Assembly: GCA_964016885.1 (NCBI GenBank)
Contig: OZ024741.1
Location: 235,538,001-235,602,000, forward strand
Direction: 5' to 3'
Source of the DNA: Eledone cirrhosa
Lineage: Eukaryota
DNA: 64,000 nt
The notes beneath the pieces were generated by a model that saw only the letters and a list, made by a program, of their open reading frames with translations, had not been told where the DNA came from and ran no database searches. Position 1 is the first letter of the stretch. Each line of letters starts with the position of its first letter. Shown here one piece after another: positions 1 to 12,617 of the stretch. The translations under genes were made by a program, and so were the position numbers.

Positions 1-320
1 TGCTGGTGGGGGAGGGTTATTGTGGTGCCAGTGGTGTTGGTGGCCATGGTGGTGGTGGTAGAGATGGTGGTGGTAGTGGTAGTATTAGTGGTGGTGGTTG
101 TAGTGATGATTGGGGGAGGGGGGGTTATTGTGGTGCCAGTGGTGTTGGTGTTAGTGGTGTTGGTAGCAGTGGTGGTGGTGGTGCCAGTGGTGTTGGGTTG
201 GTGGTGGTGGTGCTGGTGGTGGTTGTAGTTGGTGGTATAAGTGATGGTGGTAGTAGTGTTGGAGAGCTTGAGATATTGGCTGAAGGAGGAATATGTGGTG
301 GGTGAGATGATAGTTTTGTT
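1..320. repeat. GGT-rich low-complexity repeat
   Basis: Degenerate (GGT)n with a repeated ggggagggttattgtggtgccagtggtgttgg unit; the Gly/Val ORFs are artefacts. Confidence 0.9.
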
Positions 321-337
321 AGTGGGGTCCAGCAGGC

Positions 338-379
<42 letters not shown>

Positions 380-454
380 TTTATAATCAAGGTTTAGCAA
401 ATAGAGAAAAAATTTTAAAATAAATTTTAAAAAAATTACTGTATCTACTATATT

Positions 455-538
455 ACCCTTACCACACGGTTTCAAGTCTCAAAATAAATGGATAATCCAT
501 GCGGAACACCATTGAGAAGGAGATTTTCGTCAGAGGGT
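455..538 (-). ncRNA. Type-I hammerhead ribozyme
   Basis: Minus strand: accct-CTGACGA-aaatctc...gagactt-GAAA-CC GTGT GG-TA-agggt; stems I-III present, GUA site. Confidence 0.75.
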
Positions 539-624
539 TCTTCTCACTCGGAGAATATAAAATTCCCGAGTTCAAATCACAAACTGGCGCCATACAGAAC
601 TGTTCCCGGACGAGAGTGTATGAT

Positions 625-730
625 AAATGAAATCTACAGGATTGAACTGTTTTATTGATATGAAATCATCAAGGGATTCCTGATGATTTCATACCAATGA
701 AACAGTTCTAGTCATGTAGGAGTCATTTCT
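625..730. mobile_element. Short fold-back element with two inverted hammerhead-like arms
   Basis: Imperfect inverted repeat centred near 675; + arm CTGATGA...GAAACAGTTCTAGTCATGTA; same family at 4661 and 55299. Confidence 0.65.
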
Positions 731-825
731 ATATAAAATATATATGCATATACTCTACCAACATATTGAGTACCTTATTTAACTATGGTTAATTCCCAGT
801 CCCCTTCAAGACATCATCCTTGATA

Positions 826-1145
826 CATCATCATCATCATCATTTCATTTTATGTCCACTTTTCCCTGCTTGCAAGGGTGGGACGGGAACTGATTCTGGC
901 TTGATTTCTACAGCTGGATGCCCTTCCTAACACCAACCTCATTTACAGTGAGTGCTGGGTGCTTTTTTGCCGTGGAATGATATGGGCCCCAGTCCCTATC
1001 ATCTCATTTCTACAGCTGAGTAAACTGGAGCAATGTAAAATAAAGTGTCTTGCTCAAGGAAACAACACATCACCCGGTCTGGGAATTGAACTCACAACCT
1101 TTCGATTGCAAGGCCAATGCTCTAACCACTAAGCCATGTGCCTCC
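826..1145 (-). mobile_element. tRNA-derived SINE, family A (RTE-type tail)
   Basis: Minus-strand head with A box TGGCTTAGTGG and B box GAGTTCAATTC; ends in cccacccttgcaagcagggaaaagtggac..(GAT)n. Confidence 0.85.
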
Positions 1146-1181
1146 ATACATATATATAAATATATAAATATATATGTATAT

Positions 1182-1277
1182 ACCCACTGAAAAGACCAGC
1201 TAGATTCCTGCCACCTGAATACCGGCGCTTCAGTTTGGATCCAGCTGTTGAAATGGCCAGAGCTCAGCTGTCGGGGT
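1182..1277 (+). ncRNA. Degenerate hammerhead (GAGCTC-loop family)
   Basis: acccca-CTGAAAA...gttGAAAtggccagagctcagctGTC-ggggt; core G8 altered; homologous to the intact-core copy at 48117-48189. Confidence 0.5.
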
Positions 1278-1995
1278 CCTGCATTTTTTCATATATATAT
1301 ATATATATGTATGTATAATTAATAGTAATAATAAGTAGGAAGAGATGTCAGAGTATCATCATTAAATTTATTCAGGTGTGACGCACCTTTCGCTATTGAT
1401 CAGCTCAAATAGAGAATGAAAGTGTGGGGAGGGGGGAGGGGGGGGGGGGCAAGAGAAGAAGAAACAGGTGAGAGGGAAGTTGGGGAGTAACATTTAAGGG
1501 AAGGGATATAATGCCAAACATAAAGACATATAAAGTAAAATGAAACAAAACAAGACAAAATAAAATAAAATCAAAATATAAAAATAAAAATAAAAATAAC
1601 ATAGATAAAATATAATAGAGTTGGGCCTGATTGATACAGATCAAACCTTGAGCTGATCAATAGTATCAGTAATGTACTGGGTATTTGCTGGCCTTGTGCC
1701 AACAGTAGAAACAATTATTAATATTACACTCTGCTTATGAGGGAAACCAGCCATAATATAACTATAACTCGGACCCACCTATGCATCGTGTGCTCACATT
1801 CGTGAACCAGCAGTAACAGAAGGTTATAACACATATATCATCATCATCATCATCACTTTATGCCTGTTGTTCCATGCTTGTATGGGTTGGACATGTCCTT
1901 CTCAGTACAGTATCCATAGAAAAAATAGCCCTAACAATAAACATATTAAATTTTACACCAATGTGGAAGACATACACATACATAATATGTAAGAG

Positions 1996-2151
1996 TACTG
2001 ATGGAATGTTCCAGTCAAAACCCCAATAAAATGCAAGCATAACAGACCAGATATAATATAGGACAAGGAAAAGAAGGTATGCACAGTAGTGGAAGTTAGC
2101 TGCCCAGTAGATGCCAATATAATATTAAAGATTAGTGAAAAGGAGAATAAA
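1996..2151 (+). pseudogene. Restriction-like endonuclease fragment of an R2/R4/NeSL-group non-LTR retrotransposon
   Basis: Manual translation Y*WNVPVKTPIKCKHNRPDII*DKEKKVCTVVEVSCPVDANIILKISEKENK fits the RPD..E..P..K.E.K RLE pattern; in-frame stops. Confidence 0.7.
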
Positions 2152-3125
2152 CAGAAGAAGCTCTTGTCATCATGTGCTTCTTGATCCATATGTGCAGCAT
2201 CTGGATGTTACTTACCCAACATATGTTGGGTAAGTGCATAACTACAGTTACAAGTGATTCACCATGGTAAACACTTGATGCTGTTACAATGGTCTGTCCC
2301 ATGTTGGGTTGTATTCCAGGGTTATGGTGTCTGTAGTGTGTAAAGTAACCAAGATCGCAGTCAATGTTGTACCATATATATAAATTTTATTGGTATATTA
2401 CAATCGTTTTAATATTGGTTGGCCCAGGGTATAATCATAATGACTCTGCCTCAACATCTTATCAGATATACGAGTTTATATATGCAAAAGCACATTCAAA
2501 CTATATATCATCATGATCATCATCATTCTTTTAACGTCCGCTTTCCCTGCTAGCAAAGGTTGGACAGGTCTACATAGATCAAGACATTAATGAAGCAGAA
2601 CCCCTGATCTCCCAGACAGGCTAGGGATATGTGTCTCACATTCTGAGTGCACAGGAGGAGGTTGTAATGTCTTTGACACAACTGAGGGTCCTCCCAACCC
2701 CTTGTTTGGCAAAATTTCTACTGCTGGATGCCCTTCCTATCAACAACCCATTTACAGCATATACTGAGTGCCTTTATCCTGTAGGTCACCAAACACTAGG
2801 GTGGCTATCATATCCTTGACATGTCTAAGAAGTTCTCTCGACCCTTTTTCTTGCAAGGTTTCTATGGATGGATGCCCTTCCTATCACCAATCACTTTACA
2901 GCATGCGCTGGGTGCATTTATCATATAGATTACCAGTACTAGGGAAGATGTCATATCCTTGATTTGACTAAAGGGTCCTCCCAGCCCTTTGTTTGGCAAG
3001 CCCTCCACAACTGAATGCCTTTCCCATCACCAACCATTTCACAGGAGGAGCAGCTGCTAGGAATGGGTTTTTTTTTTTTTAGATCAGGTCACATATATAT
3101 ATACATATATATGTGTGTATATCCA

Positions 3126-3192
<67 letters not shown>

Positions 3193-3195
<3 letters not shown>

Positions 3196-3639
3196 CAGAA
3201 GAGATATTCAATTTGTTGGTAATTCAACAAATATAAATGTTTATAACTGATTCAGAGCACTCGACAAGTTTTCTGGAGTATAATATTCAATGATATTAAA
3301 TAAATGGAAACTATATTTATAAAACCATATTTATTCTATTATATATATTTCAAGGGTACCAAAACTTTGGTATGCTTTCATCAGATAAAATACAAAGTGT
3401 GTTTTATAAATTTTGACACAGCCAAGGAACATACCTTAACGGTTGAAGTTTTCCTTGGATAGTGACTATCCAAGAAAAACTGCAACCGTTAAGGTATGTT
3501 CCTTGGCTATGTCAAAATTTATAAAACACTTTGTATTTTATCTGATGAAAGCATACCAAAGTTTTTGGTACCCTTGAAATATATATAATAGAATAAATAT
3601 GGTTTTATAAATATAGTTTCCATTTATTTAATATCATTG
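3193..3639. mobile_element. PLE-type fold-back element with two inverted hammerheads, between (TA)n tracts
   Basis: Near-perfect IR 3288-3639 (centre about 3463); hammerheads at 3332-3392 (-) and 3534-3595 (+): tattttat-CTGATGA-aag..ctt-GAAA-T ATAT A-TA-atagaata. Confidence 0.85.
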
Positions 3640-3652
3640 TATATATATATAT

Positions 3653-3941
3653 ATATTTGAAAAAAAGGAAAAGAATGACTTCACTTGTAGTTCTAAATAA
3701 TTTGAATTAATTTTATAATATTATGAGTTGGTAGATCTAGTAAGTTCTTTGTTAACTTTGGTGGGAAGAATTTTAAAGATTCCTGGTTAACTTTCTTGGA
3801 GAACTTTCCCGCATTCATCGGTGGCGATTGTCAAACTGAGAATTTACTAGATCTACCAACTCATAATATTATAATATAAAATTAAATCAAATTATTTAGC
3901 ACTACAAGTGAAGTCATTCTTTTTCCTTTTTTTCAAATATA
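3653..3941. repeat. Fold-back element with arms of about 95 bp
   Basis: atatttgaaaaaaaggaaaagaatgacttcacttgtag... is reverse-complementary to ...ctacaagtgaagtcattctttttccttttttcaaatat. Confidence 0.85.
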
Positions 3942-4660
3942 CCTAACTGTACCAAGGATCTCACACATTTTCCAATGTATATATATATATATACAGGTAG
4001 AGTAGTTGACATGGGGTTCGGATTTTAAAAGGGCCTACCTACCTAAATTTGTAGTTCTTTCATTCTTGTAAGTATGAGACATATATACATGTACACTATA
4101 TGTATATGTACATGTATATAACTAACTTATATAGAACATAGGGCATAGGCCATTTTTATGTTTAGTTTTTGATTTTCATGCAACACAACTATCTCTCACC
4201 CACCTCATACTACTCTTTCAGACCCGCTACTACCACTATCACCACCACCAATGACATTACCACCTCCATCTCAAGCAACTTAATTTATACAGAATAATTC
4301 TTTGAAAATTACATATGTACATCTGAAACTGATTATCCCTATTGCTAGAGGTTGCAGGTTAACTATTTAATACCAAAGCACCTGCAACCACACCTGGTTC
4401 TATGACTGAAAAGTGTGTTTGAAAGTGTTTATATATGTATATATATAGGTAAGGTAAAAATCCCTTAGCTCTGTGGAGTCGTAAAGTTGCTGTCATGACT
4501 TAGTGTGAATTTTTTTCTGCCTTTCTATCCCTATTTCTCTAAATATAGTTTTTAAAGAATCCCCTTCAAATTCATCAACCAATGTCCTCCACCCATCCCA
4601 ATCACCTCTCTCTCCTACCACCAGAAAATGTATAAATACCACTATATTACATTGACAGTC

Positions 4661-4711
4661 GGCTTCCTGATTATTTCTCCCAAATGAAACAGTTCTAGTC
4701 CTGTAGAAGCC
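4661..4711 (+). ncRNA. Hammerhead motif (core CTGATTA variant)
   Basis: ggcttc-CTGATTA-tttctcccaaat-GAAA-CAG ttctagtc CTG-TA-gaagcc; perfect 6-bp stem I. Confidence 0.65.
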
Positions 4712-5284
4712 ATTTCTATATTAAATACTTATACTCTGCTATGTATTGAGTACCTTACTTACTGTGGTTACCCCTGATTGAACCCGGGATAAACACACAC
4801 ACGCACACACACACACACACATACACAATGCATACATAATGGCTGCCCCCTCGTTATCAAGTATGCCCATTGCATGATATACCATTATTAATAATTATTA
4901 ATTAATTCTATCGTGCAATGCCTGTGCGTGAAGATATTTTTTAAAGTGAGGAAAGATTGTCCACTGAGCGACAGTAGCTATAACCCGAAAAGAAGAAAAG
5001 ATCAACATCATTGGTAACTGCTGAGCCGCAGGTTTTATATTGGAGTTATCCCAGTTTCTTGAATTGCCTTCTCCTAGAAGAAGGCCCTGACAAAGGCTAG
5101 GGTTCCTTCATTCCCAGTGGTTTAACCGCGCGGTATATGTGTATATACATATTTACATACTTTTGGATGGCCGTTGACTCTTATGAGTTCTTCCGCCCTT
5201 TGTCAAGTTTTGTTTTTTGTCCTGCAGGGTGTCCAAAATCACCCTCCTCACCAAGTAAACTTGGTAGGGTTACATGTTACATAC

Positions 5285-5329
<45 letters not shown>

Positions 5330-5353
5330 CACACACATATATATGAATATAGT

Positions 5354-5790
5354 GAAAGCACATGGCTTAGTGGTTAGAGCATTGAGCTTGCAATCGAAAG
5401 GTTGTGAGTTCAATTCTCGGACTGGGTGAAGTGTTGTTTCCTTGAGCAAGACACTTTATTTCACATTACTCCAGTTTACTCAGCTGTAGAAATGAGATGA
5501 TAGGACTGGGGTCCCTATCATTCCACTGCAAAGTGGTTATGGAGGTGCAAAAAAGCACCCAGCCCACACTGTAAAGTGGACGTGTAGGTGCCACGGAAGA
5601 AAAGCACCCAGCACTCACTGTAAATGAGGTTGGTGTTAAGAAGGGCATCCAGCTGTAGAAATCAAGCCAGAATCAGTTCCCATATGAGCAAGTCAAGGTC
5701 AGCCGACTGGACACTGCCCACAACAGGACAACTCGTCTAACCCATGCTAGCGTGGAAGAACGGCCGTAAAACGGTGATCATGATGATGAT
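5354..5790 (+). mobile_element. tRNA-derived SINE, family A variant with long RTE-type 3' end
   Basis: A/B boxes at about 5362-5416; body and tail match the 3' UTR of the RTE at 42709-44474. Confidence 0.8.
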
Positions 5791-7235
5791 AGTGAAGAAT
5801 TTAGTGTAAAAGAAGGTGTTCACCAAGGCTCCGTCCTTAGTCCCCTCCTGTTTATTATTGCCCTATAGGCTATATAACTTCTGTATGCAGATGATCTAAC
5901 TCTCATAGCTGAATCTATGACTGAACTAGAAAAGAATTTCCAAACATTGAAGTATGGCCTAGAATCAAAAGGCCTTAAAGTTAACTTGTCTAAGACTAAA
6001 GTTCTAGTATGTAGCAAGGAGAATAGGGCACATGTGCCCTCTGGGAAATGGCCATGCTCAGTGTGTAGGAAAGGAGTAGGTAGAAATTCCATTCTATGCC
6101 CCAAATGCAAACTATGGGTGCATAAAAGATGTAGTGGGATCACAGGCAAGCTATCTAAGAATGTAGATTTTATATGTGACCGATGCTCAGGTGCAGTAAG
6201 TAGCAAGTGCCCACTGGATACTAGCTCCTTCAACTGCCCAGATGGCTCTATAGAAATAGTAGACACGTTCGGTTACCTGGGTGATAAAATCAGCAGTGAA
6301 GGAGTACAGTAGCCAGAGATGGAAAAAGTTCAGAGAGCTAATACTGCTGTTGACCACAAAAAGTTTCTCTCTTAAAATGAAAGGCTGATTTTATGATGCG
6401 TGTATATGAACAGCAATGTTACAGGGTAGTGAGACATGGGCATTGTGTGCAGAGGATCTGTGCATATTGGAAAGGAACAAAGCATGCATGCTCCGATGGG
6501 TGTGTAACAGTAATATACACGAACAGCAACACGTAAACGAACTAAGTGAGAAATTAGGAATAAGAGGGATCAGATGCAATTTACTTGAGAGGAGATTACA
6601 TTGGTACGGCCATGTGATGTGTATGAAGGACGTCAGCTGTATAAAAAAAAGTGCAGGGTGATCAAAATTGATGGAAGCTATGGAGTAGGTAGACCCAGAA
6701 AAACCTGGGACAACATGATAAAAAGTGACCTTGCACACTTACACCTCTCTAAGACAATGTCACTGGATCGAGATCTTTGGCGCTTTGCAGTAATACAGAA
6801 GACCCGCCTTCCCTTACATACGAACTTAAACCTACATTCAGTAAGCACCTCTTAACCCAATATACACCCCACCCCACACTCCCACTCCATCCTCCCACTT
6901 CCGATCACACCATCCTTTCTCTGTAAAGTTATGTTGGTACCACAGAACATCCAGTCTACACTGTAAAGTGGTCGTATAGGTGTCATGACAAAACGTACAC
7001 AGTCCACACTGTAAAGTGGTTGTGTAGGAGACACAGTAAAAAGTCTCCCAGTCCACACTGTAAATGTGGTTGACGTTAGGAAGAGCATCCAGCTGTAGAA
7101 AACCAGCCAGAAACAGTTCTATACGAACGAGACATGGTCACCCAACCAATCTTGCCTCAAGTGGGACAAACTCGTCTAACCCATACTAGTGTGGAAGATG
7201 GACATTAAATGATGATGATGATGATGAATGATGAT
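5791..7235 (+). mobile_element. 5'-truncated, degenerate RTE LINE
   Basis: GVHQGSVLSP and LYADD motifs, PHD-like Cys cluster, GRPRKTW; frameshifts; 3' UTR and (GAT)n tail. Confidence 0.9.
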
Positions 7236-7609
7236 ATGAAAGAGTCAGGATCACGATGACTGAGTTCTTGCCATTTCAACAGCTTGTTTGGAACTAGCTG
7301 TTTAAACAGTAAGAGCTCAGGTGTCAGGGTCCCGACCATTTCATATTACCACACTCTACTTCCCCAAGTATCAAGTACTCTGGTGAGTAATGGTCTAAAA
7401 GGTTTTGTACTGCATCCAATTTGATTTTTATATATAGCTTAGTCAATATATTTTAGCCCTAATGAAATTTTAAATTTATATTAGTAGAGCTGTAGAGCTG
7501 ATTTTAGGTTCTAATAGTGACTAGCACTTTGATTAACCTATACTTTTGTCAGACAATATGATTAATTACTTTACGTATTAATCAATATTTTAATACACAC
7601 ACACACATA

Positions 7610-8510
7610 CAGGGTGTTCGGGATAATTTGACAGAATAATATTTGGTTGTTTTTTCAGATGTTTTAAATTCATTCATGCCCACTAGGCTTTATTTGAAAG
7701 TTTAAACCCTCCTTCATTCATATATGTGATGACAACAAGAATGGATGACTGGGAGCCACCTGAATCATGGAAGAGAATAACTTGTATCATGATGATTCGT
7801 GCCGGCCATCAAAATAAGGAGATTATGGTCGCTGCTCAATGCTCCCTGAACACTGTAAAAACAATCCGGCATGAACTGGAGAATTGCAATGGAGACTACG
7901 AGGCTGTGGCTAGAAGAAAGAAACATAACAGAAGATCTGATTGCTCTCGCACAGCAGAATTCATCGAAAATCTGCAGAAAAAAGTGTTGGAGGACCCTGG
8001 CATCGAAATTCGGTCTTTGTCGCATGAATTGAATGTTTCAGCCTCTACTATGAAAATTGCACTCAATGAAGACCTTCGCTACTACTCATACAAGCGTCGC
8101 AGAGGTCAACTTCTCACAGAAAAGGTTGTCAGCCAATTTTTACGACTACACCAGTCCCAATGTTTGGCCTCCTAACTCCCCTGATCTTAACCCGATGGAC
8201 TATTATGTATGGGGCGCTGTAGAGAAAGACACCAATCGCCGTGCCAGTACTACAAAAGCCCAGTTAATCGACAGAATTAAAGTAGTTTTTGAGGGTCTTC
8301 CCAGGGAAAGTGTAAAATCAGCTTGCTCCAGGTTCCGGGCCCGGATTGAGGCTGTAATAGACGCTAATGGTGGTTATTTTGAGTAAAACTCTTTGACAAT
8401 AGTGGAATTTCCTTGTCCATTGAATTTCTTTTAAATCAAATAAATTTTGTAGATACCAAGCACTTTTTCTTTTTCCTGATGAAACTGTCAAATTTATCCC
8501 GAACACCCTG
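7610..8510 (+). mobile_element. Tc1/mariner element (maT/DD37D-like), internally deleted
   Basis: TIRs CAGGGTGTTCGGGATAA..TTTGACAG / CTGTCAAATTTATCCCGAACACCCTG, TA TSD; N-terminal HTH ORF 7726-8175 and C-terminal WPPNSPDLNPMDYYVW; middle of the catalytic domain missing. Confidence 0.9.
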
Positions 8511-8819
8511 TATATATATATATATGTGTGTATATATATATATATATATAAACATACACACGTACATACATATATACACACACACACACATATATATATA
8601 TACACACACAGACAGACATATATGTATTTTTTTTTTCAAGCGTTAACTAATATATATATATATATATATATATTAGTTTAACGCTTGACAAAAAAATACA
8701 TTTTAGTGGTGAGAGTTTGCGAGACACGCTAAGTTCTGATACCATGTGCGTTGTTTATATATACGCACACTATCCAGTTTTTTAATATACTTAGAGGTGA
8801 CCAGGATACTAATAATTCT

Positions 8820-8899
8820 TCACCCGCTGATGAGCTAGAATTGGTATTCCTCTTCACAAATAATATTGCAAAACAGTATTATCAAAACTGTCCGGGTGA
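8820..8899 (+). ncRNA. Type-I hammerhead with GAAA changed to AAAA
   Basis: tcacccg-CTGATGA-gc...gc-AAAA-CAGT attatcaaa ACTG-TC-cgggtga; 7-bp stem I, GUC site. Confidence 0.75.
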
Positions 8900-9235
8900 T
8901 TGGTAGTTACCACAATTCTGGTTTGTATTTATTTTCTTGATTTATTCTTAAATTGAGTCTGGAAAACCCTATTATCTATAGTTAGTATTCTTTTCACCTT
9001 AGCGAATCTGGTCCCTTACGATTTGAACACATATATGTATATGTCTGTGTTTATCTCTCTTTTATATTCAATTATAATATACGGCTCGGAAAAATCTCTT
9101 TCCTAGAGTTAATTTATTGTAAGAGACTATTTTGAGTTTCTAACTCAATATATGCCTTTGATATATATATACATATATATATATATGTGGGTATGGTGTG
9201 GCGTGCGGTGGCCGGAGGCGGGGGGGGGGGGGGGG

Positions 9236-9340
9236 GCTCGACCGGAAGGGGTTTTTGAGTGCTCGACCGGAAGGGGTCTTTGACCGGAAGGATGCTCGAC
9301 CGGAAGGATGCTCGACCGGAAGGATGCTCGACCGGAAGGG
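9236..9340. repeat. GC-rich 16-bp minisatellite (gctcgaccggaaggat)
   Basis: About 6 copies of gaccggaagg. Confidence 0.9.
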
Positions 9341-9577
9341 CCAGGAGAGGGCCTCTCTCTAGTGGTGACCAGCATACGGTGTGGACGCGAGTTTTGGGCA
9401 GCTCCCGGTGTTAAGCAGTCGGACGCACGTGGAAGAGGAGTACCCGCAGTGGAATTTAGCGGCGCCTGTGAAAAGCGGTAAGTGAGATAGCTTTTTCTAA
9501 CTACAATATATATCATCATCACCACCATCATCATCATCATTTTATGTCCGCTTTTCCCTGCTTGCAAGGGTGGTATA

Positions 9578-9649
<72 letters not shown>

Positions 9650-10231
9650 TATAGCGTTAAACTAATATATATAATTTCAAATCACTGAATCTCATAGAGG
9701 AGATGACAAAGGAATGTGATACATGAAGAGAAGATGTGTTGGATAAGACCCATCCAACCTATGCAAGCATGGACAAATGGATTTTGAATGATGATGATGA
9801 TGAATATTTATATATAAATGTGTGTGTATGTGTATGTATGTATGCATGTGTATATATATATATATATATATATATTTGGGAGGAGTGGCAATGTTTATGA
9901 CCTTTAAAGTTCCTTTTCCTCCTTCTCCCCCCCCCCCCTCCTCCTCCTTCTCACTACATTGGTGAGATTGATGTTTGATCACCTTTCTCCCTGTACATCT
10001 TAAGGGAAACATGTGGTGAGGGAGTAAACCAAGTGATAGGAAGGGAGAGGACTGGTCCAAATGTTTGTAACGGAGCCTTCTCCAGGTGGAGGTGATAAAC
10101 TGAGCTCTTTTAGGCTTATCATTCATACATACTCACATGGAAGGGCATGGAAAAGCAGATGTAAAACCATGATGATGATCATCATCATCATGATATGCAT
10201 GTGTACATATATGTGTGTGTGTGGGGGTATG

Positions 10232-10264
<33 letters not shown>

Positions 10265-10317
10265 GTATATATATGTATATATATGTGTATATATATGTAT
10301 ATATATGTATATATATA

Positions 10318-10724
10318 TAAGCAAAAGGGATATTTAATTTGTTGGTAATTCAACAAATATAAATGTTTATAACTGATTCAAAGCACTCAACAGTTTTCTG
10401 GAGTATAATATCAATGATATTAATAAATGGAAACTATATTTATAAAACCCTATTTATTCTATTATATATATTTCAAGCTTACCATAACTTTGTTATGCTC
10501 TCATCAGATAAAATACAAAGTTTGTTTTATAAATATTGACATATCCAGGAAGGAGATCTTAACAGTTCAAGTTTTTCCTGGATTTCCTGGATATGTCAAT
10601 ATTTATAAAACAAACTTTGTATTTTATCTGATGAGAGCGTACCAAATTTTTGGTACCCTTGAAATATATATAATAGAATAAATAGGGTTTTATAAATATA
10701 GTTTCCATTTATTAATATCATTGA
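10318..10724. mobile_element. PLE-type fold-back element with two inverted hammerheads
   Basis: Same family as 3193-3639; hammerheads at 10455-10515 (-) and 10620-10680 (+); flanked by TA repeats. Confidence 0.85.
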
Positions 10725-11082
10725 TATATATATATCAACATCATCATCCATTTTTCCATGTTAGCATTGTAAGTCAAGTCAGGTCAGATGAACAGTTTCT
10801 GTCTTGGTTTCTACAGCTGGATGCCCTTCCTAATGTCAACCACACTTGGACTGGGTGCCTTTTATCATGGCACCAAAATGATCACTTTACTGTGGGGACT
10901 AGGTGCTTTTTGTTGTGGCACCAGAATGACTATATATAATATCACACACACACATTTATGTATATATATATATATGTGTGTGTGTTTATATATATATAGT
11001 TGGTGTTGGATGCTTAAAGCATCCATATGCGGTAGGCCGTTTGAGCACTCGATGCTCTCATAGAGCAGAGTATATATATATA

Positions 11083-11413
11083 TCATCATCATCATACGTC
11101 CACTTTTCCCTGCTTGCAAGGGTGGGACGGGAACTGATTCTGCCTTATTTCTACAGCTGGATGCCCTTCCTAACACCAACCTCATTTACAGTGAGTGCTG
11201 AGTACTTTTTTGCCGTGACACCTCCACGACCACTTTGCAGTGGAATGATATGGACCCCAGTCCCTATCATCTTATTTCTACAGCTGAGTAAACTGGAGCA
11301 ATGTGAAATAAAGTGTCTTGCTCAAGGAAACAACACATCACCCGGTCTGAGAATTGAACTCACAAACTTTCGATTGCAAGGCCAATGCTCTAACCACTAA
11401 GCCATGTGCCTCC
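11083..11413 (-). mobile_element. tRNA-derived SINE, family A
   Basis: Full copy similar to 826-1145, 31652-31983, 40182-40526 and 50013-50355. Confidence 0.85.
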
Positions 11414-11831
11414 ATAAAAGAATTTCTGTCAGAAGTGGGTTATATATATATGCATCATTATCAATGATCATCATCATCATTTAACATCTGCTATCCACGC
11501 TAGCAAGGGTTGGACAGGTCTTCGCAGACTAAGTCAGTATTGAAGTGGGTCTTCTGAACTCCCTGATAAGCCAGATTTCTACATCTTACTTACATATTGT
11601 CTCATGCACTACATATTTCATTTTATCGTAACACCATCACGAGGGAGGTTGTCATGTCTTTGACACAACTGAAGGGGCCTCCCAACCTTTTGCTTGGCAG
11701 GCTTTTTATGTCTGAAAACCATTTCTGTCATCAACCATTTTATAGCTTGAACCAGGTGTATTTAGTTCACCAGCACTTTAGTCATTGTCAAGTCCTTGAT
11801 ACACACACACACTCACACATATTTATATATA

Positions 11832-11893
<62 letters not shown>

Positions 11894-11982
11894 AATGCAT
11901 ACAAACATATGTACACACATAGATAAATAATACACATACATATATATCTATAAGTACATGCATATGTACATGCACATACACA

Positions 11983-12462
11983 TGGACATTGACTAACTAT
12001 AGGACATTGACTGACTATAGAACTATAGGACATGGACTGACTACAGAACTCTATGACATGCACTGACTATAGAACTATAGGACATTGATTGTCTATAGAA
12101 CTATAGGACACTGACTAACTAAAGACTATAAAACATTGATTGCCTATAACTATAAGATACTGACTGACTATACAACTATAGGGCATTGTTTGACTATATA
12201 TCTATAGGGTAATGACTGGCTATAGAATTATGGGACATTGCCTGACTATTGAATTATACCACATTGACTGGCTATAGAATATTGACAATAGAATTATTGG
12301 ACATTAACTATAGAACTATAAGATATTGTCTGACTATAGAACAATATGACATTAACTGACTATAGAAATATAAGACAAACTCTATAGCAACAGGACCTTT
12401 ACTGACATTGGTTATAGAACTATATAACACTAACTATAGAACTATAGGACATTGACTGACTG
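11983..12462. repeat. Minisatellite, unit about 26 bp (gacattgactgactatagaactatag)
   Basis: Many diverged tandem copies. Confidence 0.9.
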
Positions 12463-12566
12463 TAAATAAACGTTTCCACGAACCAAAGTATCGTCTTCCT
12501 GTCTTCCTCCGGTTGCAACGTTTTTTGAAATATTCACTTCTTCTGCGTTCACAGATTGACTTTGTT

Positions 12567-12617
12567 AGTTTCAGAAGATCCTGTTAAGGGTGAAAGCAGT
12601 GATTCTTTGCTTAAACT
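12567..12617 (+). ncRNA. Hammerhead-like motif (core CAGAAGA)
   Basis: agttt-CAGAAGA-tcct gtta aggg t-GAAA-GCA..TGC-TT-aaact; three stems, one core substitution. Confidence 0.5.

Noticed and set aside
6-475. Gly-rich and Pro/Thr-rich ORFs
   Set aside because: Products of the GGT low-complexity repeat
11983-12462. Regular repeat array as a possible CRISPR
   Set aside because: Head-to-tail diverged units without unique spacers, no cas genes, eukaryotic context
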